A DNA stretch of 64,000 bases from Candidatus Falkowbacteria bacterium (GTDB lineage: Bacteria > Patescibacteriota > Patescibacteriia > UBA11705 > JABHMO01): positions 68,635 to 132,634 of the forward strand of contig JABHAL010000001.1 of assembly GCA_018674305.1 (NCBI GenBank), written 5' to 3'. Under the pieces are notes generated by a model that saw only the letters and a list, made by a program, of their open reading frames with translations, ran no database searches and was not told where the DNA came from. The first letter of the stretch is position 1. The number at the start of each line of letters is the position of its first letter. Of the stretch, positions 46,755 to 57,400 are shown in pieces. A program made the translations under genes and the position numbers.

Positions 46755-48794
46755 TTAATTAGTAAATCCCGATAAAGTAAACACATTGGTGGTAGTCGCG
46801 ATTATTTCAGCTTTATTATCACCATCCATGTCTGTGACAACTACTTTCACACCGTCATTTTGTCCCTGATCAAAGGCAAAAAAGCTTGGTCCATCTAGAT
46901 TGCCGTCCTTATCAAACACTTTAACATGTGGCGCACCACCCTTACCAGACCCAGTTACAATTTCGTCCACACCATCGCCATCTACATCACCAGCTGCTAC
47001 ATTAACCCCACCACGAAAACTCGGATCGTATGCAAAAAAACCTGGATTAATACAATGTCCATCTGGAGCAAAAACTCGCACGTGCGGACCACCTCCAAAT
47101 CCTGCACCAGCTACGATTTCGTAATGACCGTCACCTTCCAAATCTGCAATGGTCACATTAACGCCACCACGGAATTCTGGACCATAAGCAAAAAAACCAG
47201 GGTTGATAAGTTTCCCTTCACTATTGAAAATTCGGATATGCGGACCACCACCTTTTTCTGTTCCAGTAACAATTTCCAAAGTACCATTATTATCTAAATC
47301 GCCAACTGAAATATTTATTCCACGATCATAATTTTCTGTGTAAGGATAAAAGCTGGCTTTTAAAGTACCGTCAGATTTATATATTTCAACTTTTTTACTT
47401 CCCGCCACTAAAATTTCATTTTTTCCATCTCCATCCAAATCGTGTTTTATAATTTGACTACTTCCTTTGTAATTTTCATTGTAAGCAAAAAATCCAGTAC
47501 GTGCCACGTGCCCAAACTCGTTGAACACTCTGGCAAATGAACCATTTACATAGGTAGCTTCTAATATTTCTTCAATCGGACGTAACAATACTAAACCGTC
47601 ATTGCCAGCCAAATCAACACCCTCCACAAAAGAACCATCATTAGTCCAAGTGTCCTGCACACCGTTTAATTTTTCATACTCACCACCTAGCTCAATATAT
47701 TTTTCCTGATTACCAGAATTAACCAAAACTAAACCGTTTTTAAAATCTCTACGCCAGACACCAGCGTCAAATTTCTTACTACCCGAAGCTACGTTAAATG
47801 CTTCGCCAGCTGGCTCGCCCAAATAAGCTTCATATTCATCGTACCACCAAATCTCTCGATGAGACTGGTCACCATTATCAAAACTATAATAACCATTATC
47901 CATCAAAGCGCTAGCTAAACCAAAGCGCATTTTTTTATAATCCTTATCATCACCAGTATTGTTAACATTAGAATTCAAAATACTTAAGGTGGGTTGATAA
48001 CCTTCCTGATTCATAAACTTGTATTTTGTTAATGTTTCAGACCAACCCCTATATGGAAAATGTTCGTAAAGCGCACCATTCATTTGCTTATAATAACTCT
48101 CACCACCATTACCAATGATTAAGGCTTCTGGCCCCAAAATTTTTCTTGTGTTATTCAAAAGGATTTCCATTCCCTTTTGCCATTTACTATTAACTTCAAT
48201 CATCGAATCCGCCTCGCCATCCTGATCCAGATCTATCTTTTTATCAGACATAAATGAAATGTTATCCCACACATTATCATAAAAAACTCCATCCCAATAA
48301 CCAGTGTCGATTAACTCTTTTTTTACAAATGAAGGCAAGGTATCATACCAACGTTGATTTTTAACCAGTGGGGACTGAGTTGTTAAATTGACCATAGGAT
48401 TACCAGGCCACCAAGCGACCTTTTCTCCTGAAGTATCTTTCAACCACCAATTTTTATTTATTTTATTATAAAGTTTTTTTCGTAAAGTCCCAGGCAAATT
48501 CCAAGAATCACCTCTAATTTCTTGTGCAGCAATGTAAGCTAATAGCTTGATGTTTGGATTAAATTTTTTTAATAATTTCAGACTTTCAGGAGAATAAGTT
48601 TGTACTTCCATATCAATAATCAGAATATCCCATCTGGCCAAATCCTTCGCTTCATCTGCAGTTATATCCCAACGAAAAAACAAATTAGCCAATTTAGGAT
48701 ATTGGTTGTGATTTAAAGATGCTCCTTCGATAACAAACAAAGGAGCTATAATCATTACGGCTAAAATTGTCGCGTAAATTATTTTATTTCTCAT
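46755..48794 (-). CDS. membrane-anchored protein: N-terminal putative glycoside-hydrolase-like TIM-barrel region + C-terminal FG-GAP/VCBS beta-propeller repeats
   Basis: N-terminal TM; five DxDGDGxxE(I/L)V(A/T)G repeats with FFAY motifs in C-terminal ~300 aa. Confidence 0.6.
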   Translation of the reverse strand: MRNKIIYATILAVMIIAPLFVIEGASLNHNQYPKLANLFFRWDITADEAKDLARWDILIIDMEVQTYSPESLKLLKKFNPNIKLLAYIAAQEIRGDSWNLPGTLRKKLYNKINKNWWLKDTSGEKVAWWPGNPMVNLTTQSPLVKNQRWYDTLPSFVKKELIDTGYWDGVFYDNVWDNISFMSDKKIDLDQDGEADSMIEVNSKWQKGMEILLNNTRKILGPEALIIGNGGESYYKQMNGALYEHFPYRGWSETLTKYKFMNQEGYQPTLSILNSNVNNTGDDKDYKKMRFGLASALMDNGYYSFDNGDQSHREIWWYDEYEAYLGEPAGEAFNVASGSKKFDAGVWRRDFKNGLVLVNSGNQEKYIELGGEYEKLNGVQDTWTNDGSFVEGVDLAGNDGLVLLRPIEEILEATYVNGSFARVFNEFGHVARTGFFAYNENYKGSSQIIKHDLDGDGKNEILVAGSKKVEIYKSDGTLKASFYPYTENYDRGINISVGDLDNNGTLEIVTGTEKGGGPHIRIFNSEGKLINPGFFAYGPEFRGGVNVTIADLEGDGHYEIVAGAGFGGGPHVRVFAPDGHCINPGFFAYDPSFRGGVNVAAGDVDGDGVDEIVTGSGKGGAPHVKVFDKDGNLDGPSFFAFDQGQNDGVKVVVTDMDGDNKAEIIATTTNVFTLSGFTN

Positions 48795-48819
48795 TGTTAA
48801 TTCATTCAGCAGTCATACT

Positions 48820-50055
48820 TTAACCTAGTTTTACCACATTTTCTTTAGACAGAACTTGGTTATAAGCTTGCATTAACAGTTGATAATGTCGTTTTGTACA
48901 ATTTTTGTGTTCAACAGTTTCTCGAGCAAGTGAACCCATGTGTTCAATGGTGTCACTCTCATTATAATGTTGCTTTATTTTACTTCTCAAGTCCTTGATA
49001 CTAAATGGCTCATAAAACCAGCCAGTTTTATTTTCCTCAATCATTTCTTGCAGTCCACCCAGCCTGGATGCCAAAACCGGTTTACCCAGTGCCATAGCTT
49101 CAATAACTAACATCGGATAATTTTCATACCACTCCGAAGGAATGATGAAGAATTTAGAATTCTTAATCAAATCGAAAAGTTCTTTGTCATACTTAGGACC
49201 CAAATATTCAACATTTTTTATTTGTTTTTTTACAATATATTTTTCAACCTCCTTTCGCAATTGACCATCTCCGATTAATTTCAATTTAATATCTGGCAAC
49301 TTACGAATTGCTTTCAATAGCGTCATAACACCCTTTTCTTTACTCAGACGACTTACACAAACAACATAGTCCTGGTTCTGGTAATTAGGTTCAAAATTTT
49401 CAATATTAATGAAATTGTTGATCACATTAATCGGTTGTTTAATTCCCCATTCACGAACTTTATCTTTTAAAAACTGACTTGGTGAAATAAATAAATCTAC
49501 CTTCTCTTTATAAAATCTAAAAATCCATTGAAGAAAAAGTTCCAAACCAGCCAAAGAACTAGACCAAAATGAATTCTGGACACACTTGTTCAATGAGCAT
49601 TGATAATATTTATGTTTTTTACACTTTTCACAAACTTTACCCTTGGTAAACAAACGATAATTGGGACAAATGAGTTGATAATCATGCAAAGTTTGCACAA
49701 CTGGAATCTGGTGTTTTTTTAATGGTTTAAGAATAGATGGAGTTAACTGGTGTGAGATGTTATGTAAATGAGCAATATCAGGCTTTTCCAACTGAATTAG
49801 TTTTTCTAAATTTTTTGCGGCCAATGGATAATAAATGAATCTTAATGCTTTACCAAACCAGCTATTTTTAGATTGGAAATTAGTGTACGGAACAAAGTAC
49901 TTAGAATACGATGATGGCAAATTATTTTTTTCATCTTCCATTGAAAAACAAACTACTTGATGCCCATTTTGCTCAAGTAATTTTTTAGTATGTAAAAATA
50001 CTCTCTCACTACCACCCTTTTGCCAATAGAATTTATTTATCAACAATATCTTCAT
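48820..50055 (-). CDS. glycosyltransferase family 4; start at MKILLINKFY
   Basis: C-terminal EWYENYPMLVIEAMALGKPVLAS GT4 motif. Confidence 0.7.
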   Translation of the reverse strand: MKILLINKFYWQKGGSERVFLHTKKLLEQNGHQVVCFSMEDEKNNLPSSYSKYFVPYTNFQSKNSWFGKALRFIYYPLAAKNLEKLIQLEKPDIAHLHNISHQLTPSILKPLKKHQIPVVQTLHDYQLICPNYRLFTKGKVCEKCKKHKYYQCSLNKCVQNSFWSSSLAGLELFLQWIFRFYKEKVDLFISPSQFLKDKVREWGIKQPINVINNFINIENFEPNYQNQDYVVCVSRLSKEKGVMTLLKAIRKLPDIKLKLIGDGQLRKEVEKYIVKKQIKNVEYLGPKYDKELFDLIKNSKFFIIPSEWYENYPMLVIEAMALGKPVLASRLGGLQEMIEENKTGWFYEPFSIKDLRSKIKQHYNESDTIEHMGSLARETVEHKNCTKRHYQLLMQAYNQVLSKENVVKLG

Positions 50056-51109
50056 AAAGTTTTTGGTATTGCTTAATTGTTTTATTAACATCAAACTGAT
50101 CAACTACAAACTGCTGAAGTGACTTGGCCATTTTACTAACTAAATCTCTATGTTCGTCAACCCAATTCAATCTTTGAACCAACTGTTCAATGTTTTTTGG
50201 TTTGAAAAGTAAACCATTTTGCTTGTGTTTGATAATCTCTGGCACGCCTCCAACTTCAGTAGCCACAACCACGCGCCCTGCTGCTGCCGCCTCCAATATT
50301 ACTAGACTTAACCCCTCACTTACTGAAGGTAATACAAACACATCAAACTTATTCAAATGCGGTCGAACGTCCTCAACTTCTCCAACAAATTGGACCCGGT
50401 CTTCAATTCCTAAAGATTTAGCTAAGGCCGTTAACTCGCGACGCAATGGCCCATCGCCCACTAGAATTAATTTCCAATTTTTATTCTTCAAAAACCTACA
50501 AGCTCTAATCAAATGTTTATGTCCTTTTTCTTTACTCAATCTACCAACTGATCCAATAGTTATGTCTTCAGTTTTAAATAAGCCTGGATTTTCAATATAA
50601 AATTTACTAACATCAATTCCATTATAAATTACTTCAATATTCTGGATATCAATACCTTCTTCCGCGACTAAATAGTCTCTAGTTGCCTTTGAGATAGCAA
50701 CTACCTTGTTAAACTTACGCCGAGCCTTAAGGCCTAAGCGATCTCGCCAAAAACCCTCGCTCAAAATATCATGCTTGGTACTAATTATATGCTTTACTTT
50801 CGCCTGAATAGCAGCTCGTCCACCCCAAAAATCAGCTGCAAAAAGATTAGTATGCACAATGTCAGGCTTACTTTTTTGCAAATAGTCAGCTACTTTTTTG
50901 ATTATCTTCCAGTCAAATTTTTTAACCTTGTTAAAATATTTAATTTGTACACCTGCATGCTCAAATTGTTCAGCTAGAGGATTGTCTGATTGCAAAACTA
51001 AAACCTCGACCTCAAATTTGGTCTTGTCAATTTTACGACAGATATCCAATAATAACCGCTCTGCCCCACCATACGCCAAACGACCGATTATGTAACTAAT
51101 TTTAATCAT
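50033..51109 (-). CDS. glycosyltransferase family 4
   Basis: GDGPLR..; VLPSVSEGLSLVILEAAAAGRVVVATEVGG. Confidence 0.75.
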   Translation of the reverse strand: MIKISYIIGRLAYGGAERLLLDICRKIDKTKFEVEVLVLQSDNPLAEQFEHAGVQIKYFNKVKKFDWKIIKKVADYLQKSKPDIVHTNLFAADFWGGRAAIQAKVKHIISTKHDILSEGFWRDRLGLKARRKFNKVVAISKATRDYLVAEEGIDIQNIEVIYNGIDVSKFYIENPGLFKTEDITIGSVGRLSKEKGHKHLIRACRFLKNKNWKLILVGDGPLRRELTALAKSLGIEDRVQFVGEVEDVRPHLNKFDVFVLPSVSEGLSLVILEAAAAGRVVVATEVGGVPEIIKHKQNGLLFKPKNIEQLVQRLNWVDEHRDLVSKMAKSLQQFVVDQFDVNKTIKQYQKLYEDIVDK

Positions 51110-51204
51110 ACTTTTTTAGGTAAAAGTCTAAAGGTAAAAAGTAAAAGTAATCGCTAAAAACTTATTACTATGTACTAATATTGTAAACTTTTACATTTGA
51201 ACTT

Positions 51205-51909
51205 TTACTTTCTAGACACTGCAAAAATCAACTCGTCAACAATTTTAGGTGGATCAGTAAACTCCAGGAAATAAATTAACTTCCACCAAGCATGAACTAA
51301 TTTCTGCCCTAAAAATCTAATCATCCGAGTTGGACTATTTTTAGGAAATAAATAAGGATTTATTATTATACCTCTAAATTTACAAAATTTCAATACCTGA
51401 CTTAAACTATATTCAGTAAAGCCTGCCTCATGAGTAAAATCATTATATCGAATGCGCAGACCAGCCAAAGAAGCCATATTGCCAGTTTTAATGATGATAC
51501 TACCACCAGGGTTTAATTTCTGGTAAATCCTGTTCATTGTAGGAATAATTTCAGACTTAGGGATATGTTCGATAACATCATTAAGCACAATTAAATCAAA
51601 AAGCGGACAAGCAATTAAATAATCAACAAGGTCCTCAATTAGTCTTACTTTCTCAATACCTTTATCCTGACAATACTTTACGCTTTCTGGTGAAATATCA
51701 ACCCCTAAATAATTATCATAACCTTGACCAGCTAAAAACTGTAAAAACTGTCCCATACCACAACCAATGTCCAAAATCTTAGCCTGCTTATTTTTAGGCA
51801 AATACTTATTGTAATTGTATTTATACAACTTAATGATATGCTGATCCGCCTTGGCGTTAAGCTGTTCAAACCCTACTGATAAAAAATTTTTATATAAACT
51901 TTGGGACAT
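51205..51909 (-). CDS. class I SAM-dependent methyltransferase; start at MSQSLYKNF (the upstream Met at 51975 would overlap the previous gene)
   Basis: Motif I ILDIGCGMGQF; motif II/III present. Confidence 0.65.
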   Translation of the reverse strand: MSQSLYKNFLSVGFEQLNAKADQHIIKLYKYNYNKYLPKNKQAKILDIGCGMGQFLQFLAGQGYDNYLGVDISPESVKYCQDKGIEKVRLIEDLVDYLIACPLFDLIVLNDVIEHIPKSEIIPTMNRIYQKLNPGGSIIIKTGNMASLAGLRIRYNDFTHEAGFTEYSLSQVLKFCKFRGIIINPYLFPKNSPTRMIRFLGQKLVHAWWKLIYFLEFTDPPKIVDELIFAVSRK

Positions 51910-51910
51910 A

Positions 51911-53332
51911 TTATTCGCTATATAATTTAACTCCTGCCAAACCAACACCAATTGGCAACCACATGTTGGCAACAAAATATGAGGTTGAGAACAGTTCGAA
52001 AAGAACTAATCCGACAAAAACCATCATTAAACAAGTTATAATTCTTTTATTAGTTAAAAATTTGGCTTTTGCGTAACCTTTCAAATATTTACTACCCAAG
52101 TAAATTAACAAACCAACAAATGAAAGAAAACCGAGAATGCCCGTTTCTGTCAAAAGTTTTTGTACGAAACCATGAGACTCCAAGGGATCACCAAATTCCA
52201 CTGTGTAAATAAAAGTTCGACCTACCAAAGACTGAAAAGTATTCAGGCCATTACCAATAATTGGATGATCCAAAAAATGAGAAAATGAAAGACTGGTTAA
52301 CAACAATCTATTAGAATTCGAACTTTTAATCCAATCAACCTGGTGCCAAGCGGTAAAGTAAGTCAGTACGGGCACTAAAACTAACAAAAATATTATAGCG
52401 ACAATTACATAGCGATTAAACTTGTATTTATACCTCATTATATACAAAATCAGTAGTTCAACTAACAAAACTAACCAACCAGATCTAGAAAAAGTTAACA
52501 ACAATACTAATGTCATAAATAAAATCGCCAACACATACCAACCCCGTTGCTTAATTTTGGTAGACAATAAATACAAAATCAATGTTAACGGAATGATCAC
52601 AATTAAAATTTCAGCAATGGCATTATGATTTCCTCCGATGGGGTTGAAACCAGCAAAACTAAAAGGTACAGCTCTATAAACAAACCATGATGGCCCTTGC
52701 GATAAAATTACTGATAAAAAACCAGAAATTGCCACAAACAACCCACTTATCAAGAAAAGATGCAAGGCCGTTTTGAATATTTGTTTGGAATTAATTAAAT
52801 TAGAAGGTATCAACACAAACATCAGATAGAAAAATACAATTGGTCGTAGTAAATATTTAAATGCTGGTACCAATTCTTGGTTATTCAATACCGACAAAGC
52901 ACAGACTGCAAAAAAGACCAAAGCCATCAACAATCCTGGAAGCTCATACCTTGTCTTTTTATTATCTTGCTTATCTGAATAAAAAAATCTAATTGCATGA
53001 CGAATTATTAATGCAAGTAAAGTTAATGAGGCCAAGATATCTACATAAGGAACATTAATACTTCCCCTCACCAATTGCCAATTTAGAAAAGGATAAAACA
53101 AAATCATACCATACAAACCCAGGCGAGGATATTCCACCAGAACCACCATTATAATTACCAATAAATCAACCAGCAAAATATACGTTGGTTGAATAAAACT
53201 AATTGCCATTAGACTAAACCCCACCACAAAAACAACTACCCATAAATACAACTTCAGCGTATGATCAACTTCTTTTTTAGTAAAAAAATTTTTTATAAAT
53301 TGGGACATAATTTTATTTTCTCCACCAATCAA
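51911..53332 (-). CDS. O-antigen ligase / Wzy-like polytopic membrane protein
   Basis: >=10 TM helices; periplasmic loop with TFSRSGWL-type motif. Confidence 0.55.
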   Translation of the reverse strand: MIGGENKIMSQFIKNFFTKKEVDHTLKLYLWVVVFVVGFSLMAISFIQPTYILLVDLLVIIMVVLVEYPRLGLYGMILFYPFLNWQLVRGSINVPYVDILASLTLLALIIRHAIRFFYSDKQDNKKTRYELPGLLMALVFFAVCALSVLNNQELVPAFKYLLRPIVFFYLMFVLIPSNLINSKQIFKTALHLFLISGLFVAISGFLSVILSQGPSWFVYRAVPFSFAGFNPIGGNHNAIAEILIVIIPLTLILYLLSTKIKQRGWYVLAILFMTLVLLLTFSRSGWLVLLVELLILYIMRYKYKFNRYVIVAIIFLLVLVPVLTYFTAWHQVDWIKSSNSNRLLLTSLSFSHFLDHPIIGNGLNTFQSLVGRTFIYTVEFGDPLESHGFVQKLLTETGILGFLSFVGLLIYLGSKYLKGYAKAKFLTNKRIITCLMMVFVGLVLFELFSTSYFVANMWLPIGVGLAGVKLYSE

Positions 53333-54323
53333 GTGGTAATTTGTTTTTAAATATCCAATTAGCGACTTTTATCGGATTCCGCTTAATAGCCGCTCGCGCC
53401 GTACAAACCATCCAATAATTACTCTCAAACCCTTGTATATCCACCCTGGCTTTTTTCGCCTGACGGCTAAACCACAGTTTTTCGAATTCCTGACAATCTT
53501 CCAGATTCCCCATTATAATATTATCAATCACTGACGGATAAACATCTCCATTAGGATCTAAATAGAAAAAATCTTCACCTGCAAATGATTCTAGTGGTCG
53601 TCTTTCACCTTTTACTATTTTAAGTAGCCCATCAACAAAATAAGCTCGGGCCCAATCTTTGGGTCGGAACGATTTCAATAACTTCTTGATAACTTTACTA
53701 AACTCTTTTTCTAGAAAACCAACATCAACATCTATAACATTTTCTTTACCAAAGTATATATCTGAGGAATGAGCAACCGCCATCGTGAACTGAACTCTCA
53801 AACGCTTGCTCCAATCATAAGCTTGATACAACTGTTGAAAATTCATATCCGTTAAAGTAAAGGCAAATTTAATATTCTTTATCTCCAACTCATCTCGACA
53901 AAAACGAATAGTCTCCAGAACTTTATTCCAAGCATTTGGGACTCTTCTGATTTTTTCATGCATTTGTCCAATCCCATCGACTGAAATTGAAATAGAAATA
54001 TCAGGATCAATCTTTTTAATTTCCGGTAATACTTTCTTAATAGTGTCTACTAAAAAACCATTGGTGGAAATATTTATTTTCGCCTTTGGACAAGCCCATC
54101 CGATTTTGCGTACGATTTCAGGTAAATCTTTTCTTAAAAATGGTTCACCTCCACTAATATTAACATCTCTCAAGCTGTTTGGTAATTTAAGATAAACATC
54201 AGGAGAAACCTCGGGAAAATCTTTTATTTGCCAAATGTTACACATAACACAGCGTGAATTACAACGATATGTTACAGCAACGACGGCATCGACGGGCATT
54301 TTAATTTTTTTTGTTTTTTTCAT
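53313..54323 (-). CDS. radical SAM protein in glycan cluster
   Basis: CNSRCVMC (CxxxCxxC) motif near the N-terminus; GGEPFL. Confidence 0.7.
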   Translation of the reverse strand: MKKTKKIKMPVDAVVAVTYRCNSRCVMCNIWQIKDFPEVSPDVYLKLPNSLRDVNISGGEPFLRKDLPEIVRKIGWACPKAKINISTNGFLVDTIKKVLPEIKKIDPDISISISVDGIGQMHEKIRRVPNAWNKVLETIRFCRDELEIKNIKFAFTLTDMNFQQLYQAYDWSKRLRVQFTMAVAHSSDIYFGKENVIDVDVGFLEKEFSKVIKKLLKSFRPKDWARAYFVDGLLKIVKGERRPLESFAGEDFFYLDPNGDVYPSVIDNIIMGNLEDCQEFEKLWFSRQAKKARVDIQGFESNYWMVCTARAAIKRNPIKVANWIFKNKLPLDWWRK

Positions 54324-54439
54324 ACTAAAATTACGAAGTTTTATATAGGAACTCCACTATAATTATAGCACAAATCATCTAAAATTAACAAAATAAAAAA
54401 CCCCACTATTCATTGAATAGTGGGGTTGTGTTTGTTAAC

Positions 54440-57400
54440 TTACTGAGGACAAATGTTGTCCAGGAGAATCACCTCTCCTTCAGGATCAGGATCTTCAGGA
54501 TCAACCTGGCCTTCCACAGCTTCGAATGTTACAGGTGTACCGTCCTGATCAACGCACCAAAGTACGCCATCAGTTTCCCAGCCACCCCATTCATTGCCAT
54601 TCTGACAGTTCCAGTCGATCCACCCATCCTCTTCATAACCCTGAACAGGATATTCTCCGCGCAGACAAATCTGCTGGATTGTTCCAGACCAGACACCACA
54701 ATAACCTTCCGCCGACCAAGTGTCCACGGGGATACCTCCCGACCAAACCACAGGATGGCCAAGTCCGTAACCACAACAGATATTACAGTAGATTGTCGGA
54801 CAATCTTCGTCGATGTCACCATCGCAATCGTCATCTACCCCGTTGCAAACTTCGTCTGCCCCAGGATAAACGTCTGCGTCGCCGTCATCGCAATCATCAT
54901 CACATAGCATAAAGCCATCTGCATCTGCATCTGCTTCGTTAGCCGGAACCTCAGTGTCGCAGTCATCATCAAGCCCATTGCACAATTCCTCAATCGGCTC
55001 AACATTGCCTACGCAAGCACCCCAGGTACCGTCATTCTCACAGGTCTGCAGACCTTGCTGGCATACGCCGTCTTCAGTTGTTCCACAGATTGCCAGATCA
55101 TCAGGATCGCAATCGCAATCCTCATCAGCACTACCATCACAATCATTGTCCAAATTATCACCACAGACTTCTGCCACAGACTGATCTGCGCTGCCATCAG
55201 GATTAGTGGAACAAATGGTTAAAGCTTCATCAGCACACTCCCAGGAACCAAGGCCACAAGTGCCCGTTCCTACACAAGGAGCGCCAATAAAGAAACCTTC
55301 ATCCACACTACCATCGCAGTCATCGTCCAGTCCGTTGCAAACTTCGTCTGCACTAGTATTAATAGAAGCTGCATCGTCGTTGCAGTCTCCTGCGCAAACA
55401 CGCTCACCATCACCATCATCGTCTGCCTCGTCAAGCGGGACAGCTCCGTTGCAATTGTCATCCAGACCATTGCACTCTTCAGGCTTAGGTTCAACGTTGC
55501 CCACACAATCACCCCAGAGACCCTGCGCAGAACAAGTCTGCTCACCATAATCACATTCACCTTCATCGGTGGTACCGCACTGCTCAGTGTCATCGGGCGT
55601 GCATTCACAGCCCTCATTAACTGAACTGTCACAGTCATTATCCACCAGGTCATTGCAATCTTCAGGTGAAGACTGATCTTCGCTACCTCCGGGCATAGTA
55701 GAACATTGATAACCAAAGTCGTTGGCACATTCATAAACGCCAGCTCCGCAAGCTCCATACCCGAGGCATGGCACACCCACGTAATAACCTTCGTCTACTG
55801 CACCATCACAGTTATCATCCTGGCCATTGCACAGCTCGTCTGCTCCAGAATTAACTGCCGGATCACCATCCGAACAGTCCCCTTCACAAACCATTTCACC
55901 GTCAGCATCGGAATCTACTTCGTCCTGATCCACTGCGCCATCGCAGTCATCATCAAGTCCGTTGCAGGCTTCTTCAGTTGCAGGTTCCACGTTACCAACG
56001 CAATCGCTCCAACTACCATCATTTTCACAAAAACTTTCCCCGTACTGACACACACCAACATCGGTTGTGCCACAGGACATAGTCGCTCCGGGTTCGCAAT
56101 CACACTCATCGTCAAGTGTGTCTACCATTCCGTCGCAGTCATTGTCCAAGTTGTCTCCACAAACTTCAGGTACTGAAGCATCTTCACTGCCACCAACGGC
56201 AACAGAGCAAATTACTCCCGTTCCATCTTGATTGCACTCGAGAACACCTGAGCCACATTCACCAGCCGCAAGGCATTCGAATCCAACAGGGAAACTCTCA
56301 TCAATCAGGCCGTCACAGTCATTGTCCTCGCCATCACACACTTCGGCAGGAGCATCACCGCACTGGCCACAATCATTCAGAAGCCCTTCGTCGACCTCGC
56401 CATCGCAGTCATTGTCTTCACCATCACACACTTCGGCAGGAACATCACCACACTGGCCACAAGCATTCAGAAGATCTTCATCAACTTCGCCATCGCAGTT
56501 ATTATCGACTCCGTCACAAACCTCGTCACTCGGCGCAACTGCCCCCTGGCAGTCATTCCAAGTTCCATCAGCCTGACAAGTCTGTACACCAAACTGGCAT
56601 ACGCCTTCATCCGAAGTACCACACTGCTTGGTCATATCAGGATCACAAGCACAGACATCATCGAGCGTATCAACCTGCCCGTTACAATCGTTATCAAGAT
56701 TGTCCCCACACACCTCAGGCGCTGAAGCATCTTCACTTCCACCAGGTGCTGAAGAACAAATAACGCTTGCTTCGTCAGCAGTACACTCATATGTACCTGC
56801 TCCACATTCTCCAAGAGCCAGACAGCCAACTCCAAGCGGGAAGTTTTCATCAATCAACCCGTCGCAGTCATTGTCCAACCCGTCACAAAGTTCATCCATT
56901 GAATCGCCAGGCACAACGTTACAAACTGCCAGTCCCTCTGAACAAACAAAGGTCCCTTCAGTTTCACACTCACCCTGACCGACTGAACAAACTTCACCTA
57001 GATTAAGATAATCTTCATCGACCTCGCCGTCGCAGTCATTGTCCTCGCCATCACACACTTCGGCAGGAACATCACCACACTGGCCACAGGCATTCAAAAG
57101 ACCTTCATCAACTTCACCGTCGCAGTTATTGTCAGAGCCGTCACAAACTTCGTCACCAGGTTCAACTGCACCAACGCAATCTCCCCAAGTGCCCTCAGCC
57201 TGACAAGTCTGAACTCCGAATTGACAAACGCCTTCATCCGAAGAACCGCACTGCTTCGTCATACCTGGGTCACAAGTACATACATCATCGAGCGTATCAA
57301 CTTGTCCGTTACAGTCGTTATCCAGATTGTCCCCGCACACCTCAGGCGCTGAAGCATCTTCGCTTCCGCCAGGTGCCGAAGAACAAATAACGTCTACACC

